From an uncultured Sphingorhabdus sp. (GTDB taxonomy: Bacteria > Pseudomonadota > Alphaproteobacteria > Sphingomonadales > Sphingomonadaceae): a stretch of DNA of 64,000 nucleotides. The position numbers and the translations under genes are program-made. Below the pieces are notes generated by a model. It was given only the letters and a program-made list of their open reading frames with translations, was not told the DNA's origin and did not search any database. Where the stretch lies: NCBI RefSeq assembly GCF_937872355.1, contig NZ_CALMSV010000096.1, positions 25,404 to 89,403 of the forward strand. Direction: 5' to 3'. The first letter of the stretch is position 1. Every line of letters starts with the position of its first letter. Positions 1-10,283 of this stretch are shown here, one piece after another.

Positions 1-107
1 GGGTAATGTCCACCACATCGGTAAGCGATCCGCACAATAAGTTGCATTTGACAATTTACACAGGTTGAAGCACCCTCCCCATCATCGAAAACGGGGAGGG
101 TTTTCTT

Positions 108-530
108 ATGGATACAACGATACTCGCGCCTGCGGCCGTATTGGTTGCTTGGTCATTGGTAATGCTTGGCTGGTTGGCCATTGCTCGCTTTGGCATGCTT
201 GCAAAATTGGGAAGCAAGGAGCCGCCTGCACCCGGACTGCGCGGACAGGATATCGATCCGATGCTCGGCACTGCCGCGTGGAAATCGCACAATTATGCGC
301 ATCTTATGGAGCAGCCGACCATCTTTTATGCGGCGGTTTTCATCCTGCATATATCGCAGGCGGCCACGCCGCTAATGGTGAAATTTGCATGGGCCTATGT
401 TGCCTTACGCATCATCCATTCGGTTTATCAGGCGGTCGTCAACAAGGTGATGGTCCGTTTTTCGATATTTGCGCTGTCGACCGTGTGTCTGGTCGTGCTT
501 GCAGTAAATGCCTTGATGGCAACGCTTTGA
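108..530 (+). CDS. MAPEG family membrane protein (paralog 1)
   Basis: 140 aa with about 4 hydrophobic helices and motif WKSHNYAHLMEQPTIFYA; GGAGG SD at 95-99. Confidence 0.85.
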   Translation: MDTTILAPAAVLVAWSLVMLGWLAIARFGMLAKLGSKEPPAPGLRGQDIDPMLGTAAWKSHNYAHLMEQPTIFYAAVFILHISQAATPLMVKFAWAYVALRIIHSVYQAVVNKVMVRFSIFALSTVCLVVLAVNALMATL

Positions 531-552
531 TAACAGAACGGGAGGAGATTCT

Positions 553-990
553 ATGGAACATGCTGAAATCCTGAAACCAGTCGCGGTGCTCGCAGGCTGG
601 ACGATGCTGATGTGGATATGGATGTACGCTACGCGCATCCCCGCAATCAACAAGCTGCCTAAAGATAACAGCGAAGGGGCAGATGTGGGTTGGACAAGTG
701 CCAAATTGGAGGGGCTATTACCTGGCAATATCCAGTGGAAGGCGCACAATTATAACCACCTGCACGAGGCCCCGACCGTGTTCTACGCAGTTGCGCTGTT
801 GCTCGCCATTATTGGTCAGGGCGATGGCCTGAACGCCACTATCGCTTGGGCCTATGTAGGCCTGCGCATAACGCACAGCCTGTGGCAATCGCTGGTGAAC
901 AAGGTGGCCGTGCGCTTCCTGCTGTTTGCGCTGTCGTCACTCGCGCTGATGGCGCTGGTGCTGCACGCCATATTGGCCGTATTTCATTGA
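553..990 (+). CDS. MAPEG family membrane protein (paralog 2)
   Basis: 145 aa with motif WKAHNYNHLHEAPTVFYA and AWAYVGLRITHS; GGAGGAG SD upstream. Confidence 0.85.
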   Translation: MEHAEILKPVAVLAGWTMLMWIWMYATRIPAINKLPKDNSEGADVGWTSAKLEGLLPGNIQWKAHNYNHLHEAPTVFYAVALLLAIIGQGDGLNATIAWAYVGLRITHSLWQSLVNKVAVRFLLFALSSLALMALVLHAILAVFH

Positions 991-998
991 TTTGAAAG

Positions 999-2201
999 TC
1001 ACTGGCGGGGGAATTCTCCCGCCAGTTCGACATGGGTTGACCAGCGAAATTGCCCGACAGGCCATATCCGCTGAAGCCTGAAGCCACCTGAAATTAGTGT
1101 CTTTGCATCGCGTGCAAAGCTGGATGGGTTGCAGCTTACATAGGCGATCTTCGACACATCCGCTTTCGCAAGTTCGGCAACCTGTTCACGCGCACCAGCC
1201 CTTGGTGGGTCGAGGATAACGGCACCGAAACGATTAAGTTCTGCTGTCGTCAATGGCCGCCGGAATAGGTCACGGTGCTCTGCGAACAGCGACAGGCCAG
1301 CCTTGCTTGCCGCCGCCTTCATCGACAGCAGCGCCGCCCGTTCAGCTTCTGCAGCGAACAGCTTGCGGCCCTGAACAACGGCGAAGGCAAAGGTTCCAAG
1401 TCCGGAAAACAGATCTGCCACCAGCCTCGCTTCGCTTACTATTTCCTGTACCGCCAAAGACAGCGCCTGTTCTCCATCGCGTGTGGCTTGCAAAAATCCA
1501 TAGGGTGGATAGGCCACCGAAATCCCATCGAGCGTGACGGTCGCGGGCTCAGGCTCCCAATAGGTCGTCGGGCCGTACCCGTCGTCTGTAGAGAGCCGAG
1601 CCAAATGGTTGGCCGTTGCAAAGGCCGTCATCGCCTCATGCGTTTCCAAACCCTCGGGCGCCCAGTTCTCGATCAAGACATCCACGCCCTGATCAACCAG
1701 CGCCAGTTTGATTTCCACATTGCGCTTTGGCCCGATGCGCGGGGCGAGAAAGGCCCGTAACGGTTGCAGCAGCGAAAACAGGTCCGGCACCATGATGTCG
1801 CATTGCTTCAAATCGACGATGCGATGGCTCTTTTCCGAGCTGAAGCCCAGCTGGAATTGCTTGCCAGCCCAAGCTGATCGTACCGCTACGCGACGCCGAC
1901 TGTGCGGTGGAGAGATGTGCACCGGCATGAATTCCGGCAGATCGATATCCTGCGCCACAAGGGCGTGGACGATGCGATCCTGCACGAACGTCTTGAGCGT
2001 TTCTTCGTCCAGATGCTGCAACTGAAAACCGCCACACAGCTGGAAGTGCGGGCAAGGCGGATCGGCATGGTGCGGGCCGTGGATCAAACCGCCGCCGGGA
2101 TTAAGGCAATCTCCGGGCGCTGCGAAAGGCACATGCCGCCCGTCGGCGGTAACGCCGTCGCCGCGTGAGGCTATTCGGATGATTTCGCTGCTGTCATTCA
2201 C
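999..2201 (-). CDS. rlmD: 23S rRNA m5U methyltransferase (RlmD/RumA, TrmA family)
   Basis: DLFSGLGTF SAM motif, LDPPRAG, YVSCNP catalytic Cys, THVE; start trimmed to GTG at 2201. Confidence 0.8.
   Translation of the reverse strand: MNDSSEIIRIASRGDGVTADGRHVPFAAPGDCLNPGGGLIHGPHHADPPCPHFQLCGGFQLQHLDEETLKTFVQDRIVHALVAQDIDLPEFMPVHISPPHSRRRVAVRSAWAGKQFQLGFSSEKSHRIVDLKQCDIMVPDLFSLLQPLRAFLAPRIGPKRNVEIKLALVDQGVDVLIENWAPEGLETHEAMTAFATANHLARLSTDDGYGPTTYWEPEPATVTLDGISVAYPPYGFLQATRDGEQALSLAVQEIVSEARLVADLFSGLGTFAFAVVQGRKLFAAEAERAALLSMKAAASKAGLSLFAEHRDLFRRPLTTAELNRFGAVILDPPRAGAREQVAELAKADVSKIAYVSCNPSSFARDAKTLISGGFRLQRIWPVGQFRWSTHVELAGEFPRQ
1001..1026. terminator. GC-rich hairpin at the convergent MAPEG/rlmD junction, possible terminator
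   Basis: ACTGGCGGG (1001-1009) pairs with CCCGCCAGT (1018-1026); lies in the last rlmD codons; U-tract weak. Confidence 0.3.
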
Positions 2202-2247
2202 GCTATGCGCCTTGCCCGCGCACGCAGGCAGAAGCAAGCTTGGCGGT

Positions 2248-2631
2248 CTATTTCTGCCCTGTTGATTTGATATCGGCAGGCAGACGGTAGATATCGTCAC
2301 CCGAACTGACCTCAATCATTCCACCACCAAGGATCTTGATATTGGTTTCATCAAAACCGTCGGCCGGGGCCAGCCCGCGACCGTCGGTAAGGATGTTGAA
2401 ACGGCGAAACCCGCCATCGGGATGACGCACCACGAGCATTTTGCCCTTTTCACCAGGCATGGTTTCGGTGGCGCACACCCGTTCGAACTTGGTTGAACCG
2501 GCGAGCGCGCATTCAATGCGGTCGGCCTCGGCAACGCCTTCGACCCCGCTGGCAGGCGCACCATCGCCACAAGCAGCCAATGTCAGGCTGGTGGCCGTGG
2601 CAACGAAAAGGAAACGCGCAGTAAGAGTCAT
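2248..2631 (-). CDS. Hypothetical lipoprotein
   Basis: Signal peptide with lipobox LAAC-G; 127 aa; two further Cys. Confidence 0.7.
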   Translation of the reverse strand: MTLTARFLFVATATSLTLAACGDGAPASGVEGVAEADRIECALAGSTKFERVCATETMPGEKGKMLVVRHPDGGFRRFNILTDGRGLAPADGFDETNIKILGGGMIEVSSGDDIYRLPADIKSTGQK

Positions 2632-2693
2632 GGCTGCTCTATAGTCTGCGAGTTATGGCTTAGCCTAGAGCATTAACCCTGCTTGTTGGGCCG

Positions 2694-4550
2694 CTATCCG
2701 CGTGGCTTAGGCACAAGCTGTGTAACGTCGCGGATCGCTCCGCGCGCTGCACTGGTGGTCATAGCCGCATAGGCCTGCAAGGCGACCGAGACTTTACGCG
2801 GGCGTTCCTTCGCCGGTTGCCAGCCCTTGGCATCCTGCACTGCACGGCGTTTGGCCAGTTCTTCATCGCTGACTGCCAGATGGATGGTGCGGTTTGGAAT
2901 ATCGATTTCGATCCGGTCGCCATTTTCGACTAGGCCGATCGTACCACCCTCTGCAGCCTCCGGCGAAACATGGCCTATCGACAGCCCGGATGTACCACCC
3001 GAAAAGCGTCCATCGGTCAGCAGCGCACAGGCGGCACCCAATCCCTTCGATTTCAGATAGCTGGTCGGGTAGAGCATTTCCTGCATTCCCGGACCACCTT
3101 TCGGTCCCTCATAGCGGATGACAACGACATCGCCAGCCTCGACCAGGCCGGTCAAAATCGCGGTTACCGCCGCGTCCTGGCTCTCATAGACCTTGGCGGG
3201 GCCCGTAAATTTTAGGATGCTCTCATCCACGCCTGCCGTTTTCACGATGCAGCCATCAAGTGCGATATTGCCGTTCAAAACAGCCAAACCACCATCTTTC
3301 GAAAAGGCATGTTCAGCCGAACGGATCACCCCTCCTTCGCGGTCCAGATCAAGCTCGTCCCAACGGCGTGATTGGCTGAAGGCGGTTTGCGTTGGCACGC
3401 CACCGGGAGCGGCTTTGAAGAAATTCTGCACATCCGGATCATTGGTGCGCGCAATGTCCCATTGGTTGAGCGCATCGCCCATTGTCCGGCTGTGAACGGT
3501 AGGGAGATGCGTATGCAATAACCCGGCCCGGTCCAGTTCCCCAAGGATCGACATGATGCCGCCGGCGCGATGGACATCCTCCATATGAACGTCCTGCTTG
3601 GCCGGTGCGACTTTTGACAGGCAGGGCACTTTCCGTGACAGCCGGTCAATATCGGTCATGGTGAAATCGACCCCAGCCTCATAGGCTGCGGCAAGCAGGT
3701 GCAGCACGGTATTGGTCGAACCGCCCATTGCAATGTCGAGGCTCATCGCATTTTCGAAGGCTTCGAATGTCGCGATGTTGCGCGGCAAAACGCTCTCGTC
3801 CTCCTGCTCGTAATAGCGGCGACACAGCTCGACTGCGAGTTCACCCGCACGCAGGAACAACGCCTTGCGGTCAGAATGGGTCGCAAGCGTTGAGCCATTG
3901 CCGGGAAGCGAAAGGCCCAGCGCTTCAGTCAGGCAGTTCATCGAATTGGCGGTGAACATGCCCGAACAGGAACCGCATGTCGGGCAAGCCGACCGTTCGA
4001 TCGTTGCGACTTCTTCATCACTATATTTCCCGTCGGCCGCGGCAACCATCGCGTCGACCAGATCGAGCGCGACTTCCTTGCCTTTCAGGATGACCTTGCC
4101 CGCCTCCATTGGCCCGCCGGAGACGAACACCACGGGAATGTTGATGCGCAGAGCAGCCATCAACATGCCGGGCGTGATCTTGTCGCAGTTGGAAATGCAA
4201 ACCATCGCATCAGCGCAATGCGCGTTGACCATATATTCGACGCTGTCGGCAATCAGATCGCGACTTGGCAAGGAATAGAGCATCCCGTCATGCCCCATGG
4301 CGATACCATCATCGACAGCGATGGTATTGAATTCCTTGGCAACGCCGCCTGCGGCTTCAATTTCGCGCGCGACCATCTGGCCGAGGTCCTTCAAATGGAC
4401 ATGCCCCGGCACGAACTGGGTGAAGCTGTTGACCACCGCAACAATCGGCTTGCCGAAGTCGCTATCTTTCATGCCCGTTGCGCGCCAAAGCCCGCGCGCG
4501 CCTGCCATATTACGGCCATGGGTTGAGGTGCGCGAACGAAGGGCGGGCAT
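2694..4550 (-). CDS. ilvD: Dihydroxy-acid dehydratase
   Basis: [35 protein letters not shown] motifs; 618 aa. Confidence 0.98.
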   Translation of the reverse strand: MPALRSRTSTHGRNMAGARGLWRATGMKDSDFGKPIVAVVNSFTQFVPGHVHLKDLGQMVAREIEAAGGVAKEFNTIAVDDGIAMGHDGMLYSLPSRDLIADSVEYMVNAHCADAMVCISNCDKITPGMLMAALRINIPVVFVSGGPMEAGKVILKGKEVALDLVDAMVAAADGKYSDEEVATIERSACPTCGSCSGMFTANSMNCLTEALGLSLPGNGSTLATHSDRKALFLRAGELAVELCRRYYEQEDESVLPRNIATFEAFENAMSLDIAMGGSTNTVLHLLAAAYEAGVDFTMTDIDRLSRKVPCLSKVAPAKQDVHMEDVHRAGGIMSILGELDRAGLLHTHLPTVHSRTMGDALNQWDIARTNDPDVQNFFKAAPGGVPTQTAFSQSRRWDELDLDREGGVIRSAEHAFSKDGGLAVLNGNIALDGCIVKTAGVDESILKFTGPAKVYESQDAAVTAILTGLVEAGDVVVIRYEGPKGGPGMQEMLYPTSYLKSKGLGAACALLTDGRFSGGTSGLSIGHVSPEAAEGGTIGLVENGDRIEIDIPNRTIHLAVSDEELAKRRAVQDAKGWQPAKERPRKVSVALQAYAAMTTSAARGAIRDVTQLVPKPRG

Positions 4551-4608
4551 GAGGGAGACTCCTGTAATATTATTTCGCCAATAAGGCGTTTGCAGGCGCC
4601 TTACAGCG

Positions 4609-5337
4609 CTAAGCCCGCAGTTTCAACGCCACTTCGTTGCAAATCCGAATAAGGCGGTTTGCCCAGGCAGACTGTCCCGTCCCGTCACCGATCTGGTCCT
4701 GCCGGATTTCGATGCCGAGATAGGGCCTGCCATGAGCTTCGCAATGGCGGTTCATCGTCGCGTTGAGCAGCTTGCCTGAATAGGGTTGCTGGTCGCCAAC
4801 GCACAGGCCCTCCGCCTCAAGCATGGGAATGGCAATACGCGCAGCGCGATCATCTTCGTTATACAATACGCCAACTTGCCACGGCCGTTTCTGCTCTGGA
4901 TGGCTTTCCAATTGTGGAGTGAAGCTGTGCAAGGAAAGGATTAGCGCTGGCCGATGTTGTTCCAGCAATTCCGCTAGTTTCACATGATACGGCCGGAAGA
5001 AGCGATTGAGGCGCGCCTCATGCGCTTCATGGTCGAGGGCGTTTCCCGGTATCGCATGTCCATCGCTGGCGATCGGAATCGCCGCAGGTTGATGTTCCTC
5101 TCGATTGAAATCGCAAACCAGACGGCTGACATTGCCGAGAAACGCCGCATAGCCGGTACTTTCTGACATGATCTCGGCCACGCCTGCAACCCCTATGTCG
5201 ATGGCAATGTGCTGGTTCAACACGACCGGATCGATGCCCAGATGGATATCATCCGGAACGCGGTTAGACGCATGATCGCTGACAATCAGGATGCCACCTG
5301 CCTTGGGTTCACCGATCAGTTTCCAAGCGTCATTCAT
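4609..5337 (-). CDS. N-formylglutamate amidohydrolase family protein
   Basis: [35 protein letters not shown] motifs; ATG 5337 overlaps the ispE stop (ATGA). Confidence 0.85.
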   Translation of the reverse strand: MNDAWKLIGEPKAGGILIVSDHASNRVPDDIHLGIDPVVLNQHIAIDIGVAGVAEIMSESTGYAAFLGNVSRLVCDFNREEHQPAAIPIASDGHAIPGNALDHEAHEARLNRFFRPYHVKLAELLEQHRPALILSLHSFTPQLESHPEQKRPWQVGVLYNEDDRAARIAIPMLEAEGLCVGDQQPYSGKLLNATMNRHCEAHGRPYLGIEIRQDQIGDGTGQSAWANRLIRICNEVALKLRA

Positions 5338-6161
5338 CGCAGCACCGTTGGCAGCAACCACCAGTCCGGCCTCGATTCCGATATGGCCTGTGCAGACCTG
5401 TCTCTGTCATCCAACGACCCGAACAACACAAAACAGGTCGCGCCTGAACCTGACATACGCACAAAAGTGACACCCGGTTGCACTTTAAGCTGAGTAATCA
5501 CCTCAGCAATTTCCGGAACCAACCCGATCGCCGGCACCTCCAGATCATTGCGCGCATGCCGCCAGTCCTGCACATCTAGCACACCCCGGTCAGCCCCATC
5601 CCAAGCCTTGAACACAGCACCGGTCGGGCAGGGTTTCAAAGGATTGACGAGCAGGATCGGTGCGCCAGCGATGTCGTGGACAGCCAGTGCGGTGAGCTTT
5701 TCACCGACGCCGCTGCCGAAAACGGTCTGCGACTGCAGGCATGCCGGAACATCTGCGCCAAGGCGGATCGCTATTTCCTGCACCGCTGCATCGGGAATAG
5801 CGACTCCCCACAGTCGTGTCAGAAGGCGTAGCGCGGCAGCTGCGTCAGCCGAACCTCCGCCAATACCGGCTGCAACAGGCAGGCGTTTATCGAGCTTGAT
5901 TAGCGCTCCCTGCCCCGTCCCAGCGGCGACCTGCAGCGCCTTTGCAGCGCGCAGAACCAAATTGGTGTCATCGGCCTCCAAACCCTTGCCAAACGGCCCC
6001 GTAATAGAAAGCGCAAGTGTATCTGCCTGCTCCGCCGTCAAAAGGTCGCCATCTTCCGTAAACGCAAAAAGCGTTTCCAGTTCGTGATAGCCATCCTCGC
6101 GCCGCCGCCGGACATGCAGCGCAAGGTTGATCTTGGCGTAGGCGGTTTCGCTCAACAGCAT
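5334..6161 (-). CDS. ispE: 4-diphosphocytidyl-2-C-methyl-D-erythritol kinase
   Basis: AYAKINLALHV, PVAAGIGGGSADAAA, MSGSGATCF; start trimmed to ATG 6161. Confidence 0.97.
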   Translation of the reverse strand: MLLSETAYAKINLALHVRRRREDGYHELETLFAFTEDGDLLTAEQADTLALSITGPFGKGLEADDTNLVLRAAKALQVAAGTGQGALIKLDKRLPVAAGIGGGSADAAAALRLLTRLWGVAIPDAAVQEIAIRLGADVPACLQSQTVFGSGVGEKLTALAVHDIAGAPILLVNPLKPCPTGAVFKAWDGADRGVLDVQDWRHARNDLEVPAIGLVPEIAEVITQLKVQPGVTFVRMSGSGATCFVLFGSLDDRDRSAQAISESRPDWWLLPTVLR

Positions 6162-6165
6162 CGGC

Positions 6166-7782
6166 TTAGGGTGCGGCCGTCTCTTTGGTCCAGCCAAAGT
6201 CGATTTTTCGGGTCAAACGCTCTGCCACATTACCTTCGGCTGCCAGCGCCGCGGCCTTCCAGGCGAAACGCGCTTCGGTCCGCCGTCCGTTGGCCCAATA
6301 GGCATCGCCCAGATGTTCGTTGATCGCCACATCGGCAATCGCACCCTTAACCGCGCTTTCGAGCAACGGTATCGCCGCGTCGGTTTCGCCACGCAAGAAA
6401 TGCGCCCAACCCAGCGAGTCCGTGATGGCGGCAGATTGTGGCGCGAGTTGGTGCGCCTTCGAAACAAGGTCGAACCCTCGTGCGACGTCGATCCGTCGTT
6501 CGAGCAGAGAATATCCCAGATAGTTGAGGATCTGCGCGTTTTGGGGGTCAAGAACAGCCGCATCCTCCAATGCATTTCGGGCGCTGTCCCAATCGCCATT
6601 TGCATCGAGGGCCGTTGCGAGCAACAACAGGTAGACCGCGCGCCTTGGTCCATTTGCACCTCCCGCATCCTGATCAAGCAGACTGCGATAGACTGTTATG
6701 GCCTTATCTCGCTTTTCTGCCTGCTCGAGCGTTTGCGCGTGGAGCAGTTTCAGTTGCGACGAAGCAGGCTGCATCTCTGAAGCCGATCGGGCAATTGCAA
6801 CCGCCTCTTCAGGCGTGGCCGCCAATTGGGTTTGGTTAACAACGGCTTGGGTCCAGAAAGGCGAAGCTGGCGCAATCACTTTCAGTAGCCCGGACGCCTT
6901 TGCATCCAGCCCTTGCCTGTCAAACAATTCTGCCAAGGACAATTTGGCGGCATCGCTGGACGGCGCGATCCAGTTGGCGATACGCGCGAAATACAGAGCC
7001 TTCTGCGGCTGCCCCTGCTCATCAAGTGCCAATCCGAGACGGGCGAACAGCATTGCCAGCCCTAGTTCCGCAGTAACTGGCGGCGTCGCATAATTGCCCG
7101 CATCCAGACCGATCTGTCGCCCCAGTGCGGATTCGAACTCAGCATCCCCGCTTCGCGAAAATTCACCCATAGCGTGCCCGGCAAGGAAGCGGCCGTGCGG
7201 CTCATCATAACCCCTGAAATTACGCAGCCGCAATTTTGCCTGCGCAATATTACGCTCGGTAAGATCGAAGTATATCAGCTGATCGTCGCTGTAATAGGCG
7301 GTGAGCCCAGATGATTGGAATGTCCGTACATCGACGCCGGAATCGCGCCCTTGCGCAACATTCAACCAGCCCTTGAGCATCGGCATCATGAAAGCAAAAT
7401 CGCCTTCTGCTTCCAGATCAGTCAATGTGCGATCCGCTTCACCCCATTTCTTTCGACGAAAAGCATCGGCAAGAAGCAAAAGCGGTGCATCGCTGTCAGC
7501 CTGTTCCGCCTTGGGCGCAGCTTCCCCGCCAGCCACCGCATCGATGAAACTCCCTTCCCGAACCGCCGCATCCAACAGGTTGCTGGCCGCTGCCTCGCTA
7601 TCCGGGCTACGCGCAAGCAGCTTCGCATAGCTTTTCAACGCCTCATCACCGCGGCCGGTTATTTCCTGCCGCTGCGCATTCCAGTAAATGTCGCTCGCCT
7701 CCTGCGCCGCAGAGGCTGGCGCGGCAATCGCCAGCAATACGGAAACAGAAAGGGTCTTACATATTCGGATAATTGGGGCCAC
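6166..7782 (-). CDS. Exported tetratricopeptide-repeat protein
   Basis: Signal peptide and C-terminal TPRs (LNYLGYSLL, ITDSLGWAHF, INEHLGDAYW); start uncertain. Confidence 0.85.
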   Translation of the reverse strand: MAPIIRICKTLSVSVLLAIAAPASAAQEASDIYWNAQRQEITGRGDEALKSYAKLLARSPDSEAAASNLLDAAVREGSFIDAVAGGEAAPKAEQADSDAPLLLLADAFRRKKWGEADRTLTDLEAEGDFAFMMPMLKGWLNVAQGRDSGVDVRTFQSSGLTAYYSDDQLIYFDLTERNIAQAKLRLRNFRGYDEPHGRFLAGHAMGEFSRSGDAEFESALGRQIGLDAGNYATPPVTAELGLAMLFARLGLALDEQGQPQKALYFARIANWIAPSSDAAKLSLAELFDRQGLDAKASGLLKVIAPASPFWTQAVVNQTQLAATPEEAVAIARSASEMQPASSQLKLLHAQTLEQAEKRDKAITVYRSLLDQDAGGANGPRRAVYLLLLATALDANGDWDSARNALEDAAVLDPQNAQILNYLGYSLLERRIDVARGFDLVSKAHQLAPQSAAITDSLGWAHFLRGETDAAIPLLESAVKGAIADVAINEHLGDAYWANGRRTEARFAWKAAALAAEGNVAERLTRKIDFGWTKETAAP

Positions 7783-9403
7783 CTCCGCCCTCGGGCGTCA
7801 CCCAGTTGATGTTCTGCGTCGGATCCTTGATGTCGCAAGTTTTGCAGTGGACACAGTTTTGCGCGTTAATCTGAAGGCGCAGTTGCCCTTCATCCTTACC
7901 GACGATTTCATAAACACCTGCCGGGCAGTAACGCGTTTCTGGCGCGTCATAGAGCGCGAGGTTAACGGTGATGGGCACCTCGGGGTCTTTGAGCTGCAAA
8001 TGGCAGGGCTGGTCTTCCTCATGATTGGTGTTTGACAGAAACACCGAGGAAAGCCGGTCAAAGCTGATTACGCCATCGGGCTTTGGATAATTAACGGGCT
8101 GATACAGGTCCTTGCGGCCAAGTGATTCATTGTCCGCATGATGCTTCATCTCGATCGGCAGGCCGATCTTCAGCGTGCGCATCCACATGTCGATACCTGC
8201 GAAGATTGTACCATAGGTTTCGCCATATTTGGCGACCGCAGGCTGGGCATTTTTTACCAGCTTAAGCTCGGTCGCGATCCAGCTTTCGTTGAGATTGGCC
8301 TGATAATCCGACAATTCGTCATGCTCACGGCCCGCGGACAGCGCAGCCGAGATGCTTTCTGCAGCCAGCATACCCGATTTCATTGCGGTGTGACTGCCCT
8401 TGATACGGGGAACATTGACGAAACCAGCAGAGCAACCAATCAGCGCGCCGCCCGGGAAAGCGAGCTTCGGCACCGATTGCCAGCCACCTTCGTTGATCGC
8501 ACGCGCGCCATAGGACACACGCTTGCCGCCTTCCAAAATCTTGCGGATTTCGGGATGCTGCTTCCAACGCTGGAATTCCTCAAACGGGAAGACATGCGGG
8601 TTGGTATAATCGAGCGCGACGACGAAGCCTAAGGCCACTTGACCATTTGCCTGGTGATAGAGGAAGCCCCCGCCCCAACTTTCGGTTTCAGACAGTGGCC
8701 AGCCTTGGGTGTGGATTACCCTGCCCGGCTTGTGTTTTTCAGGCTCAATATCCCACAATTCCTTCATGCCGATACCGTAAACCTGCGGCTGGCAATCACG
8801 CTCCAAATCATATTTTGATTTCAATTGTTTTGTGAGATGTCCGCGCGCGCCTTCTGCAAACAAGGTATATTTGGCGTGCAATTCCATCCCCGGCATATAG
8901 TCGGGCTTGTGGCTACCGTCGCGGGCTACACCCATGTCTCCGGTCGCAACGCCCTTTACAGAGCCATCATCATTGTAGAGGATTTCGGCAGCCGGGAAGC
9001 CCGGGAAGATTTCGACGCCGAGATTTTCGGCCTGCGTGCCCAGCCAGCGACACAGATTGCCAAGCGAGCCTGTATAGGTGCCCTTGTTGTGCATCCAACC
9101 CGGCGTGAACAGATGCGGAATAGCCATATGGCCGCCGCGCGAAAGCACCCAGTGGTGGTTTTCGGTGACCGGAACGTCGGCCATCGGACAGCCTTGATCT
9201 TTCCAGTCCGGCAGCAATTCGTCGATTGCTTTCGGATCGAATACCGCGCCAGACAAGATATGGGCGCCGATTTCCGACCCTTTTTCCAGGATGCAAACAG
9301 AGGTTTCAGGGTTAATCTGTTTGAGGCGAATGGCCGCAGATAGGCCTGCCGGACCGCCACCGACGATCACCACATCATAGGGCATCGACTCCCGTTCGCT
9401 CAT
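7757..9403 (-). CDS. Electron transfer flavoprotein-ubiquinone oxidoreductase
   Basis: GGGPAG FAD motif, HILSGA, CPAGVYE and NCVHCKTCDIKDP 4Fe-4S motifs. Confidence 0.97.
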   Translation of the reverse strand: MSERESMPYDVVIVGGGPAGLSAAIRLKQINPETSVCILEKGSEIGAHILSGAVFDPKAIDELLPDWKDQGCPMADVPVTENHHWVLSRGGHMAIPHLFTPGWMHNKGTYTGSLGNLCRWLGTQAENLGVEIFPGFPAAEILYNDDGSVKGVATGDMGVARDGSHKPDYMPGMELHAKYTLFAEGARGHLTKQLKSKYDLERDCQPQVYGIGMKELWDIEPEKHKPGRVIHTQGWPLSETESWGGGFLYHQANGQVALGFVVALDYTNPHVFPFEEFQRWKQHPEIRKILEGGKRVSYGARAINEGGWQSVPKLAFPGGALIGCSAGFVNVPRIKGSHTAMKSGMLAAESISAALSAGREHDELSDYQANLNESWIATELKLVKNAQPAVAKYGETYGTIFAGIDMWMRTLKIGLPIEMKHHADNESLGRKDLYQPVNYPKPDGVISFDRLSSVFLSNTNHEEDQPCHLQLKDPEVPITVNLALYDAPETRYCPAGVYEIVGKDEGQLRLQINAQNCVHCKTCDIKDPTQNINWVTPEGGGGPNYPNM

Positions 9404-9509
9404 AGCAACTCATCCTTCCCTTTGCCCTGATATCGGGCTGTCTCGATTTTGCCTCAACTGACAGGATTCGCCATGCCAAGCAATTGACCTTCGCGTCAAC
9501 CAGTGACTG

Positions 9510-10283
9510 ATGCGAAACATGCAGGTCGCACCGCAGGACAGGGGAAAAATCCTCGCAGACTCGATCATTGGCTGGTGGCACGATGCCGGCGTCGATTATC
9601 TGTGCCGTGAAGCGACGACCAACTGGCTGGATGAACCTGCCGCGTCGTCAACAAAGCTGGAAGAACCCATCAGACGCGCAACACCATCGCCGATTGCACC
9701 CGTTGCGGCAAAATCTGTAAGCAAAGACTGGCCGACCGATTTTGAAACGTTGCAAAACGTCATCGCCAGCGATGCATCGCTTCCCGGCAATGGCTACAGT
9801 CCCGCTCGCGCAGCGCCTCATGGGACACAAGCACCCGAATTAATGGTTCTTGTCGACTTCCCCGAAGAAGCGGATTTGGCGGCCGGAAAATTGGGTAGCG
9901 GGCCCATTGGGCAATTGCTGCAGGCGATGTTGAAAGCCTGCGGATACGCGCCCCAAAGCGTCCACCTCTCTGCCCTAGCGCACAGCCGCCCAGCGAGCGG
10001 CGCACTGCCACCGCAAGACATTCCAATTTTGGGCGAATTTGCGCGCCATCAGATCAAAGTTGCGCAGCCAGGAAGGTTGCTGCTGCTCGGCTCTGCGGTG
10101 TCCGAAGCATTATTGGGCGAAGAACTGATGTCAGCTCGCGCAAATTTACCTGATTTTAACCAAGATGGCGGCATTTTGACCGCAGTGGCAACATTCCATC
10201 CGCGAACTCTCCTCGCGCGCCCGGTTTTGAAGGCGCAGGCTTGGAAGGATCTGCAGCGGATCGTGCAGAAAGATCAGCAGTGA
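9510..10283 (+). CDS. Uracil-DNA glycosylase family 4-like protein with degenerate motifs
   Basis: GQLLQAMLKACG and ATFHPRTLL...KAQAWKDL match the UDG-4 fold; GEAPG replaced by VDFPE. Confidence 0.7.
   Translation: MRNMQVAPQDRGKILADSIIGWWHDAGVDYLCREATTNWLDEPAASSTKLEEPIRRATPSPIAPVAAKSVSKDWPTDFETLQNVIASDASLPGNGYSPARAAPHGTQAPELMVLVDFPEEADLAAGKLGSGPIGQLLQAMLKACGYAPQSVHLSALAHSRPASGALPPQDIPILGEFARHQIKVAQPGRLLLLGSAVSEALLGEELMSARANLPDFNQDGGILTAVATFHPRTLLARPVLKAQAWKDLQRIVQKDQQ

Noticed and set aside
2635-2671. TGCTCTA...TAGAGCA inverted repeat as a miniature element
   Set aside because: Only 7-bp arms, single copy, and orientation opposite to the TAGAGC...GCTCTA elements I recall
4551-4608. Leader-peptide attenuator for ilvD
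   Set aside because: Short intergenic region with a 7-bp hairpin but no Ile/Leu/Val-rich uORF
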